Shown here in pieces: positions 10,445 to 19,352 of a stretch of 37,285 nt of DNA (position 1 is the first letter of the stretch; each line of letters begins with the position of its first letter). The DNA comes from Stramenopiles sp. TOSAG23-3 (taxonomy: Eukaryota): NCBI GenBank assembly GCA_900128585.1, contig LT642193.1, positions 1 through 37,285 on the forward strand, given 5' to 3'. The notes under the pieces are model-generated. The model was given only the letters and a program-made list of their open reading frames with translations. It was not told the origin of the DNA and made no database searches. The translations under genes and the position numbers were made by a program.

Positions 10445-11794
10445 TCAAGCAATCAGAACATCTTTTAATTTCAAAGTGCTACGACAGATTGGACATCTCC
10501 CTTCCTGTAGATTCCCGTCGTACCCCAATGAACCAGCAATACACTCCATACAAAAGAAGTGACCACATGGCGTCATCACTTTTGTAACATTATTAGCACC
10601 GAATGCTTCGAAACAAACAGGACATTCTTTATCCTGCATTCTATTTTTCTGCTGCGTGGTTAGTTGCTCTACGTGGTTTATAATAGACCCTTTTAAACCA
10701 AAAGAGCCTTCTTCTGTTGTAATTTTTCCACTAAAAGATTCCAACAATAAATCTTTCTTTCCGAAAGTAAATGTTAATTCTTCGGTTAGCGCGGCGTCGG
10801 TGTTCAAAGCGTCAGTTTTGAATTTAATCTTTGTGCCATCACTCCAATGACTTTTCGAAACAGTGCAATTTTTTGTCCCGATAATTATACAAATGCCTTT
10901 GTAATTTATATATGGTTCTGGGTCAGTGCCAATAATCTTTAGGACAATATCATGAGGATCATCCTCTGTTTTATTATCATAACCTATACCTTCAACATCA
11001 ATGCTGTACGTTAAATTTCTTCCGTAGATTAATTCCAAGAAAGCTTTAGCTTTTCGTGTTAGAATTCTTGCCGGGCGTGATGGAGCCCGCTGTGGCGCCC
11101 GTTGTTGTTCTTGATGTTCCGTTGGTTCATTATTTCTCGACGGGTGGAGTGGCGGCGGTGGCCCATTATTTCTCGACGGGTGGGGTGGCGGCGGTGGCCC
11201 ATTATATCTCGACGGCGGTACATACGGATCAGAAGGTAACGACACCGCAACGGCACTGTGAATTATTGGCGCAGAAGGTAACGGTTGCACCGTTGGCACA
11301 GAAGGTAACGACATCGCAACGGCGCTATGAATTATTGGCGCAGAAGGTAACGGTTGCACCGTTGGCGCAGAAGGTAACGACACCGCAACGGCACTGTGAA
11401 TTATTGGCGCAGAAGGTAACGGTTGCATCGTTGGCGGAAAAGGTAACGGTTGCACCGTTGGCACAGAAGGTAACGGTTGCATCGTTGACGCAGCAGGTTC
11501 TACTCGGAAAGATGTGCAAACGTGAACGGCCCTCTCCTTATCGAGCTCGCGCACGAACACTTGCTTCACGCTGTAATCCTCCTTACATGTATTACCATCC
11601 GGATGACACGAATACAGTGTATTATAACGCACATGCAGTGTATTATCCTGGTTTCGCTTGACAACCACGGCAGGGTACCACCCTGGCCAAGCCCTCGTGC
11701 CTCCGTGCCACTTTGCCATAACTCTGGTCCCAGCCGTAAACTTGGCATTCTCTGCCTGCTCCTTCTCCTCTTCCTTGGTCGGTTGGTTACCCAT
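10445..11794 (-). CDS. Putative N-myristoylated RING-HC E3 ubiquitin ligase with Tudor/Agenet-like domain and Pro-rich repeats
   Basis: Start MGNQPT (G2, T6); FTAGTRVMAKW...WYPAVV...LHVRY is Tudor-like; C-terminal CPVC...CGHFFCMEC...CPICR is a C3HC4 RING. Confidence 0.8.
   Translation of the reverse strand: MGNQPTKEEEKEQAENAKFTAGTRVMAKWHGGTRAWPGWYPAVVVKRNQDNTLHVRYNTLYSCHPDGNTCKEDYSVKQVFVRELDKERAVHVCTSFRVEPAASTMQPLPSVPTVQPLPFPPTMQPLPSAPIIHSAVAVSLPSAPTVQPLPSAPIIHSAVAMSLPSVPTVQPLPSAPIIHSAVAVSLPSDPYVPPSRYNGPPPPPHPSRNNGPPPPLHPSRNNEPTEHQEQQRAPQRAPSRPARILTRKAKAFLELIYGRNLTYSIDVEGIGYDNKTEDDPHDIVLKIIGTDPEPYINYKGICIIIGTKNCTVSKSHWSDGTKIKFKTDALNTDAALTEELTFTFGKKDLLLESFSGKITTEEGSFGLKGSIINHVEQLTTQQKNRMQDKECPVCFEAFGANNVTKVMTPCGHFFCMECIAGSLGYDGNLQEGRCPICRSTLKLKDVLIA
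11128..11490. repeat. Coding minisatellites inside the RING gene
   Basis: About 2.5 x 36-bp units at 11128-11216; alternating 42-bp and 27-bp units sharing CAGAAGGTAACG at 11230-11490; all are multiples of 3. Confidence 0.9.
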
Positions 11795-12248
11795 CGCTGG
11801 TGCCTGGGCCAGAAGGTCGTTAATACATAAAAAAATGTTAGTCAACTCAACAATAGTAAATAGTTGCTTATTATTTATATACGCTAATAAATTTATAATG
11901 CAATAGACAATGATCAAACCAAAACCTGGTACAAATTTTTTTCGTTTGTTCTTTCTTCTTTTTTTAGTAAAATAATAATAACTACTAGTAAAATATCGAT
12001 ATAATATATACCTACTAATAAGTAGGCAAGACGACTAAGTAGGCAAGACGACGTACGGCACGGTACGGGTACCCGTATTAATATTATAGGAGGTACCGGT
12101 ACCTGTACCTCACCACTATTGTCTATAATAATAAAAAGAAGGATGCTGTGTCGATCATATATAATAGGAAGCCTTATTTTAGCAGCACCCAAGCAAGCCC
12201 AAGCGGCCCGGTGGCCGGTGGTCCGATGTATTCATTGCATCGGCAATT

Positions 12249-12506
12249 AGAGTAGAACACATTTTAAAGTTGGCAATTTCTTTTTAATCGACAGTTGCTT
12301 TGTCGGATACTTGAAGCGGTCCGCCACCGACTTCATCTGGGACCAATGCTTCATCTGCGGGTGGCAGAAGCAGTTCCCCATCTTCGTCGCCGACGTCATA
12401 CAGGCAGCCCGGCTAAGTAGGATGTGCGGTGTAAATAATAGAAGAAGAAAAAAAATCATCAATTTACACTCAAAAAGAAATTGCCAACTTTGATGTGTTC
12501 TGCTCT
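12249..12506. repeat. AT-rich palindrome (MITE-like or cruciform) interrupted by a GC-rich insert
   Basis: Perfect 20-bp inverted repeat 12266-12285 / 12472-12491, extended by AGAACACAT/ATGTGTTCT; inner pair GTGTAAAT (12429-12436) / ATTTACAC (12462-12469). Confidence 0.8.
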
Positions 12507-12725
12507 CTTACAAATACGTACTTGTTCAAAATTGTACGAACCTTTCTGCGAGATCTTCTTATTTTTCATAATATAGCGCGCATAAAAAGAAAAGTGTTTG
12601 TTCGTTTTTTTACGTAAGTGATTGAGCAGAACTGAATTCGCGGTGTACATGAAAAAGATTTACTTCGTTTTTTTCTTAGCTTAATTTTTTAAATGAATGT
12701 GTGTGTGCCCATCCACCCCCCTATC

Positions 12726-13382
12726 TTATTTTTTCTTTCCCCAACATCCTTGAAGAGCCTTTTTTGGTTGCCTGGAACTTGGGATAGACGCTTTGAGTCT
12801 TAATTTACATATGGCAGTGGTCACTGCCGCGGCACTGGACAGGCCATTACTGCTATCATTTTTGGGAAAGTTTGCTACGTGGAAGGAAAGCACTTCCGTT
12901 TTGTACGCTCGCAGCATTTGCAGCTCTTCCGCTTTTGACGCAGCGTCCCCTTCGTCGGCCCGCAGCTCGTCGATAACTAGCAACGCTTTTGCCAAGGCAC
13001 GTTTCAAGTCTTTTGGGTCCTCCGTCGTTATCGCGTTTACTTTTCGGAGCACGCGCTCCTCCATCAGCTTCGCCTGCGCCACCCTCTTTGCCAGCAACGT
13101 CTCGCGCTTTTTCTTCAACTCGTCCGCTCTCTTCTTTTCCTCGATTTCTTCTCGCAGCAAAGTGTTGATCTCGGGGAGAAATTCGACGACTTCGTCGTAC
13201 GATATATTTCCGTCATTGTTACCGTCGATGTGTTTTACTAAATTTGCACTTTCCTCTGCGTCGATGCCAAGTTTTGAGAGACCAGCAACCATCTCTTTTT
13301 GACTCAACGTTCCAGAATGGTCCGCGTCCATCTTTGCGAACACTGCCCGCAGGTTCTCTACGTCAAGGCTCACGGTTGTCAT
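12726..13382 (-). CDS. Two-EF-hand calcium-binding protein with coiled coil
   Basis: Canonical loops DADHSGTLSQKE and DGNNDGNISYDE, followed by an E/K/R-rich helix. Confidence 0.85.
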   Translation of the reverse strand: MTTVSLDVENLRAVFAKMDADHSGTLSQKEMVAGLSKLGIDAEESANLVKHIDGNNDGNISYDEVVEFLPEINTLLREEIEEKKRADELKKKRETLLAKRVAQAKLMEERVLRKVNAITTEDPKDLKRALAKALLVIDELRADEGDAASKAEELQMLRAYKTEVLSFHVANFPKNDSSNGLSSAAAVTTAICKLRLKASIPSSRQPKKALQGCWGKKK

Positions 13383-13958
13383 GGTAGAAGATATAGATAT
13401 AGAGGGAAGAACACGTTATATGTTAGATATACTGTGTCTTGGAATTCTTTTCGATACAAACCTCGTATATATTACAGTTACGCCTTACAAATAATAATGT
13501 CTCTTTTCTCTCTCTGTCTCTCTTGCTTTTTACTCTATTTATTTATTAATATATGGTAGGTAAGTAAATTAAACTGTTTCCAACCCGGAGAGTGTAGTAA
13601 AAATTAAAATACAAAAGTGTGATGATGGATGAGAAGACTCTCCTCCTCCTCTGCTATTAATATCATCTGCTATGCTGCTGCAACAACACAATAAAAGTGT
13701 TCGAACAACATTGAAAAACTTGGAGTCAGTGTTACTATACCAATTGATATTGGCAACAATAATACAAGTAGAATCTTTTTTTTTGTCTCAACACTGAGAG
13801 CTGTTGTAGTCATATTTTTTATTTATGAAAACAAATTATATATAGTAAGAGTATAACAAAAATATCGTATGATATCATAAAAAAGTAAATTCTTAATATA
13901 TTTTGTTTTCTTTTGCTTTTTAATCTACCTGTCTTTCCACCCCACGCGTTTCGTTCAG

Positions 13959-16900
13959 TCAATTTCTTTCTTCGGGTGGCTTATTTTCAATTGCTGGTGC
14001 GACGGGGGGGGCAGTACCCTCGCTGCTTTTCCCCTCGGCGTGGGAAAGACAGGACGACAAATCGATCGTTTCTACAGATTTGCGTTTCATCGCTTTGCTT
14101 TTCTGGGCGGCTGCTTTTCTATCCATCTCTTTGGTCATTTGGGCTTTAACTTTATCCGGAACTTGCTCGAAATCGAATTTGAACTCTTTTCCAGCCCGCA
14201 GCGCCAACGCTTGCAACGTTTCCTGAAAACTAATCTCGTAGCAGAACCCATCCGGCCCAACGTCTTCTGGGTTGTCCGCCAAGGTCTCGTCGTGTTTCGC
14301 AACCTTGATGTTGAGCATCTGCTCCCACTCTCTCGCTTCGGTCATCAAGACACTCTGGTCGTTGATGACGATCCCATTCTCGTCCTTTTTATTTTGCAGC
14401 CCTAGCGGAGCCTCAATTTTCGTAATTAACTCTGGGAGGTGTTTTACGTCTATCCACTTGTTCGCGTTGTGGTCGTAAAACGCCCAGGCGTCTTGGAAGC
14501 TTTCCATGTGGCCCTCCGTGACCGCGTTGTCGTTCAATCGAACCGTGTCACCAAACGTATCCAATACGATAGCAACGATGAGGTTCAACAGAATGAAGTT
14601 TAACAGGACGAAGAAAAAGACGAAAAAGACGGGAGGGATGATACTCCCCGCACCGCAGTTCGCGTCGCATTCAACACCGCAGCCGGTGATGTCCAACCTC
14701 TCCTTCAGGCAGTACGGCTCCTCGATCATCAGGTCGTGCATGATACCGTTGAAGCTCTCCCCGGTGGAGGAACGGAACAAGGTCATAAATGCCACGTCGA
14801 AGCTGTTGAAGTTCGCGTCTTCGTTCAATAGCTCCTGTGGCTTTACGTACGCAAACAGGTTCATCCCAAGGACAGAGAATATCAAGAACGCAAGGATCGT
14901 CACCGCGCCGACGTTCGATATTGCAGGAAGGGCAAAGACCAACGTCTTGAACAGTTCTAGAAGACTCCGGGACGTTCGCACCAGCCGGAAGATTCTTGCG
15001 ACCCTCACGATGCGAAGAAGCGTTGCGAACTGGCCTACGTCGAAGATCATGCCTACCCACGAAGCGCACACGAGGAAGCAATCAAAGCGGTTCCAGACGG
15101 TCGACAGGTACTGCTTCATGCCCAAACCGATGATTTTACAAGCCATCTCGATCGTAAATATGATCCCAAATACCAAGTTGATGGTGGCGAGGAGTCCGTC
15201 CTGGACTGCCTCCTGGGGGGTTATCCGCAGCGCCAAGCAGAACGTGTTGGCAACGATAAGGGTCATTATCGTCATTTCGAACTTCTTCGACTCCACCAAG
15301 TAAAAGAACGGCTTCCTTAGCTTGGCGAGGGATTGCTTCCACGACGGGTCCTCCGCGGTGCTAATGGGCGCTTCCATCATCAGCTCTGGGCCTTTTGCAA
15401 GAAGAAGCCGCATCATATCAAGCCACTGCTTCTGCGTGTTCGTGATAAGGGCGGCCCCAGTTTCTTCGTCCTTGATCTCGTTGTAGTTGTCGATGACAAC
15501 GCCTACGAAGACGTTCGTCATTAGAAAGTCGATGACAACGATCGCCATGATGAAGTAAATTGCAGGAAAGTACGGGTTGGCCTTTGCGGGCCAGTCCGCC
15601 GTGTACTCGTACATGGGGGTGTCCATCCCCTGCACGTTGACCGCGTCGTACATGATGTCGGGCCACATTTCTCCGGACGAGACTTCGAACAGGGTGAGCA
15701 TGGCGTTCCCGATGTGGTCGAAGTTCCACGGGCTGACGTTCTCCCATTGTCGAGGGAACAGCCGCGCCGAGACGTTGCCTTTGATGTCGAACTTCGGGTG
15801 CGAGTCCACGGTCCAGGTGTCCTTCTGGCACTCCTCGACCAAACGCGGGTACGGCTGCCAGCCGCACTGGTCCCACGTCAGGTTAAAGGAACCGACGCAG
15901 TCCGCCTTCTCCGCGATGGTCTCGTCGTTGCAGTGCTTCATGCCGCCCATCCACATTTGGACACCAAGGATGGCAAAGATGGCGTAGAAGAGCATGGAGA
16001 CGAGCGTTACGTTGAAAATTGCGGGGAGTGACTTGAATATGGCGTTTACTACCAACCGAAGGCCGGGGTACTTGCGGACAACGCGCAGCGGCTTCAGGGC
16101 ACGGAGGGCACGGAGGGAGCGAAGGGCCTTCAAGCCCGGGTCCCCGGCCATGGCAAGGCTCAGGAAGGAGATGATCACGATGACAAAATCGAGCCAGTTC
16201 CAGCCGTCGCGCAAATACGCGCCTTTGTGGAACGCAAACCCCAACGCGATCATCTTGAGGACCATCTCAAACCCAAAGAGTATGGAGATGATCCAATCCA
16301 GCGTGACCATGACGCCCATGAAGTCTGCGCAGGACTCGACCTGGTACAGCTTCGCCAGCTCGTCGGTCTTGCAGTACCCGTTGGCCGGGACGTCGATGCA
16401 AAGCATGACCGTGCTGACGAAAATCAGAAACATGATCACGTTGTCGAACATCTGGTGGTCGCACAGGCGAAAAATGGTGACCCTCAGGGGGTTGTCTGGC
16501 TTGATGAAGCAGAAGGAGGCCTCCTTGGCGTTGAAGAAGTTCGTGGACCCCTCGCGCGCCATGACATCGACCTGCCCGGTGGCGTCGGAGCCCGCGCCGG
16601 CGCCAGCGTCAGGGCCCCCGGAGGGCAGCGGGGCGACCTTTGCGGAGTCGATCTGGGGCGTCTTCTTGTACTTATCCTCGGGCGTTTCCGCCTCTTCCTC
16701 GTCTTCTTCGTCCCCGCCTTCGAAGTTTGAGAGCAAGATTGCAAGGAACAGATTCAGAATCATGAAATTTCCGACAACATTTAAGAGCACAAAGTAGACG
16801 ATTGCCATGGCATAGTGGCCCCCGTTCGCGACCTCGGCGTCCTGCTTCAGCGCGTGCTGCGTGTTGAAGATGATCTCGTTCCAGTTCTCCCCGGTAAGGA

Positions 16901-18767
16901 CCTGAAACACGGCAACGAACGCCCACCAGAAGCTGTCGAAGTGGGCCTTTGGCTTGTCCGCGGGGGTTTCCCCGTAGTACTCGTACTTCATCCTGCCACC
17001 GAACAGCTGCATTCCGAGCAGCGTGAAGATGAACATGACGACGATCAGAAGGATGGCAGCGTTCGTCACGTCGATGACGGACTGCATGATGGTGACCAGC
17101 AGCTTCTGGAGCTCGACCCAGGACCGCGCCAGCTTGAACACCCGGAGGAGGCGAAAGGACCGGAGGGCGGACAGGCCGCTCTTCTTCGACGCCCCGCCGG
17201 ACGAGAGGGCGATCATCTCGATGACGAACTCAACGACGCTGATGATTACGATGACGCAATCGAACACGTTGAATGCGTCCTTGGCGTACTCCCGGAGGCC
17301 GAGGCCGACCCATTTCAGAAGCATCTCCAGCAAGAAGACGGTGAAGAAAATGTAGTTGAAGTACTTCAGGACCAACTTCAGCTCGTCCGGCATGGAGTAA
17401 AACTCCAGGCCGAGGGAGATGGTGTTCAGGATGATCATGAGCGTGATGAAGTGCCCGAACAATGGCTGGTTGACAAGCTTGTTGCAGGCTTTCACGATCG
17501 GGTTGTCCGACCACGGCGGGACGATCCTCTTCCCGCCGTCTTCGCCCTCCCCCTCGGCCCCGACGCCGTCGCTCGCGACGGGCACGGTGACCGTGGGCTC
17601 CGGGAGGCCGCTGTCCTGGCGCTCTTTCTTCTCCTTCTCGTCCTTCTCGTCCTGCTCGGCCTTCTCGGCCTTCTCGGCGGCCTCCATCCGCTCCTTGTTC
17701 TTCGTGTCCGCGGCCTCGTACTCGTCCCAAATGACGGCCATGGCCAAGTTCATGACGAAGAAGGAGCCGAAGACGACGAGGAGCACAAAGTACGTCGACA
17801 CGAGCCAGTTCGCCCCGAAGGAGTGGTAGAGGGCGTACATGACGTCGACCCAGCCCTCGAGCGTGACGCTAGTGAAGACGGTGATGATGCCGTCGCCGAT
17901 GTTGTCGAACGACCCGGCGCCAAAGTTCGGGTTCTCGTACTGCATGCACTCCCCGACCTGGAACTCGGTGCCGTTCCACCGGGTGCCACAGCTGGACCCG
18001 TCCATGGGCTGCGTGCACTTTCCCGTGCTTTTTCCGCCCGGGCACTGGAACGCGCAAAACTCCCCGTCGGCGACGAGCCAGACGGTCTCGTTCGCAAAGA
18101 CGTTGGTGGTGTTGTAGAAGCACCGGGACTTGAGGACGCCGCCCCAGAGCTGCACCCCGATGATCCCGAACACGAAGAAGAAGAACCCGGAGAGGAGCCC
18201 GACCCCGCTCAGGGAGGGGATCGAGGACATCATGGAGACCACAATGACCCGCATCCCTGGGACGGTCGTCATGGTCTTCAACGGTCGAAGGACACGAAAC
18301 GTACGTAGCCCGGAGAGGTTCCCGCCGAGGCCGGCGAGGCCGATGTACCCGATGATGACGACGAGGAAGTCGAGCCAGTTCCAAGCGTTCCGGAGGTACG
18401 TGTTTTTCCCGACGAAAAACCCTTGGGTGATGATCTTGAGCACGGCCTCGATGGTGAACAGGACCAGGAAGATGAGCTCCGCCATGGCCATGACCTGCTG
18501 CAGCGCCGAGTTGGGGTCGGTGTCCAACGGGTCGTCCGCGGCGAGGAACCCACAGTTGGCGACGATCAAGGTAATGATGATCCGGTCGAACCATTTGTTG
18601 TGAACGATCTGTATGACCTGCTTCCTTGGGAACGACTCCTTGTGCAGCACGTAGAACGCCCTCGGGCAGTAGTCCGGGATCGCAACGGGCGCCTTTTCGC
18701 CCGGCTTTAAATTGGAGAAGGGGACGCCAAGGCGGGCCTTTACGTCCACGTTCGTCCGTTCCGTCAT
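13959..18767 (-). CDS. Four-domain voltage-gated Ca2+ channel alpha-1 subunit (Cav/Nav superfamily, EEEE filter)
   Basis: 1602 aa; four 6-TM repeats; S4 segments LRTFRVLRPLK, LRSFRLLRVFK, LRSLRALRALKPLR, LRIVRVARIFRLVR; pore loops TLEGW, TGENW, SGEMW, TGESF; C-terminal EF-like WAFYDHNANKWI. Confidence 0.97.
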   Translation of the reverse strand: MTERTNVDVKARLGVPFSNLKPGEKAPVAIPDYCPRAFYVLHKESFPRKQVIQIVHNKWFDRIIITLIVANCGFLAADDPLDTDPNSALQQVMAMAELIFLVLFTIEAVLKIITQGFFVGKNTYLRNAWNWLDFLVVIIGYIGLAGLGGNLSGLRTFRVLRPLKTMTTVPGMRVIVVSMMSSIPSLSGVGLLSGFFFFVFGIIGVQLWGGVLKSRCFYNTTNVFANETVWLVADGEFCAFQCPGGKSTGKCTQPMDGSSCGTRWNGTEFQVGECMQYENPNFGAGSFDNIGDGIITVFTSVTLEGWVDVMYALYHSFGANWLVSTYFVLLVVFGSFFVMNLAMAVIWDEYEAADTKNKERMEAAEKAEKAEQDEKDEKEKKERQDSGLPEPTVTVPVASDGVGAEGEGEDGGKRIVPPWSDNPIVKACNKLVNQPLFGHFITLMIILNTISLGLEFYSMPDELKLVLKYFNYIFFTVFLLEMLLKWVGLGLREYAKDAFNVFDCVIVIISVVEFVIEMIALSSGGASKKSGLSALRSFRLLRVFKLARSWVELQKLLVTIMQSVIDVTNAAILLIVVMFIFTLLGMQLFGGRMKYEYYGETPADKPKAHFDSFWWAFVAVFQVLTGENWNEIIFNTQHALKQDAEVANGGHYAMAIVYFVLLNVVGNFMILNLFLAILLSNFEGGDEEDEEEAETPEDKYKKTPQIDSAKVAPLPSGGPDAGAGAGSDATGQVDVMAREGSTNFFNAKEASFCFIKPDNPLRVTIFRLCDHQMFDNVIMFLIFVSTVMLCIDVPANGYCKTDELAKLYQVESCADFMGVMVTLDWIISILFGFEMVLKMIALGFAFHKGAYLRDGWNWLDFVIVIISFLSLAMAGDPGLKALRSLRALRALKPLRVVRKYPGLRLVVNAIFKSLPAIFNVTLVSMLFYAIFAILGVQMWMGGMKHCNDETIAEKADCVGSFNLTWDQCGWQPYPRLVEECQKDTWTVDSHPKFDIKGNVSARLFPRQWENVSPWNFDHIGNAMLTLFEVSSGEMWPDIMYDAVNVQGMDTPMYEYTADWPAKANPYFPAIYFIMAIVVIDFLMTNVFVGVVIDNYNEIKDEETGAALITNTQKQWLDMMRLLLAKGPELMMEAPISTAEDPSWKQSLAKLRKPFFYLVESKKFEMTIMTLIVANTFCLALRITPQEAVQDGLLATINLVFGIIFTIEMACKIIGLGMKQYLSTVWNRFDCFLVCASWVGMIFDVGQFATLLRIVRVARIFRLVRTSRSLLELFKTLVFALPAISNVGAVTILAFLIFSVLGMNLFAYVKPQELLNEDANFNSFDVAFMTLFRSSTGESFNGIMHDLMIEEPYCLKERLDITGCGVECDANCGAGSIIPPVFFVFFFVLLNFILLNLIVAIVLDTFGDTVRLNDNAVTEGHMESFQDAWAFYDHNANKWIDVKHLPELITKIEAPLGLQNKKDENGIVINDQSVLMTEAREWEQMLNIKVAKHDETLADNPEDVGPDGFCYEISFQETLQALALRAGKEFKFDFEQVPDKVKAQMTKEMDRKAAAQKSKAMKRKSVETIDLSSCLSHAEGKSSEGTAPPVAPAIENKPPEERN

Positions 18768-19280
18768 GGTGTCGCTGTTGTTACTGTTCTTCTTCCCACG
18801 AAGACTTTTACTACTGCGTGAAGTTTTGGCTGGTGCACTCTATTCTATGCGAGCTCCTGTCTCAAACAAATCGTATATATACACCACGTCTACGCACACG
18901 CACACAAACAATTCTACAAAGACAACAACAACAAAAGGCAATTCGTTCCTAGTCTCCGAGGTTGGTACGTGAATGAACCTTTACACACTACTAGACAAAG
19001 TTGGTGTGAATCTCACTCTCTCTCTCTCTCTGTCTATCTGTCGTAAACTTTTGAAACGAAATGGAAGTCTGAAGGAAACCTGAAAACTTTGTTAAATTGA
19101 CAAAATAGAAGTGAACCGAACACATCTAATCCAACAAACCAATAAGTTACAATCTGAAAGCAAATGTTTCCCTTCTTCCCCATTGTGTAAATAAACTTAC
19201 TTTCTTTGGTAGGACCATGTTAGATTGTGCTTAAGTTAATTCAGGTTAAAAGCACTTGGAAGATTAAAAAATAAAATTTA

Positions 19281-19352
19281 TTGTAATGATACAACCATAT
19301 TAAATAGGAGTACGTTAGAGTAAAAAAGAAAAGCATTCGTTTTTATGAGATA
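19281..19352. repeat. Degenerate third copy (right arm only) of the 7.8/10.1-kb repeat
   Basis: TTGTAAT..AACC.TATTAAAT..CGT.AGAGTAAAAAA..AAGCA..TTTTT.TGAGATAA aligns by eye with 7860-7926. Confidence 0.5.

Noticed and set aside
11230..11490. CRISPR-like periodic CAGAAGGTAACG repeats
   Set aside because: The 'spacers' are themselves repeated, units are multiples of 3 inside a CDS, and no cas genes are present
12247..12462. Minus-strand small ORF containing MGNCFC (myristoylation/palmitoylation-like)
   Set aside because: Codon bias favours the plus-strand frame; this ORF runs through the palindrome arms
13591..13600. AGTGTAGTA resembling the U2 snRNA branch-pairing sequence
   Set aside because: Flanking U2 stem-loops and Sm-site context are absent
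16815..18308. 497-aa antisense ORF in the channel gene, and similar long ORFs at 23857-25089, 23913-25298, 25771-27417, 30556-32163 and 35791-36888
   Set aside because: Shadow ORFs caused by extreme GC3 bias of the real gene; low-complexity translations with no motifs
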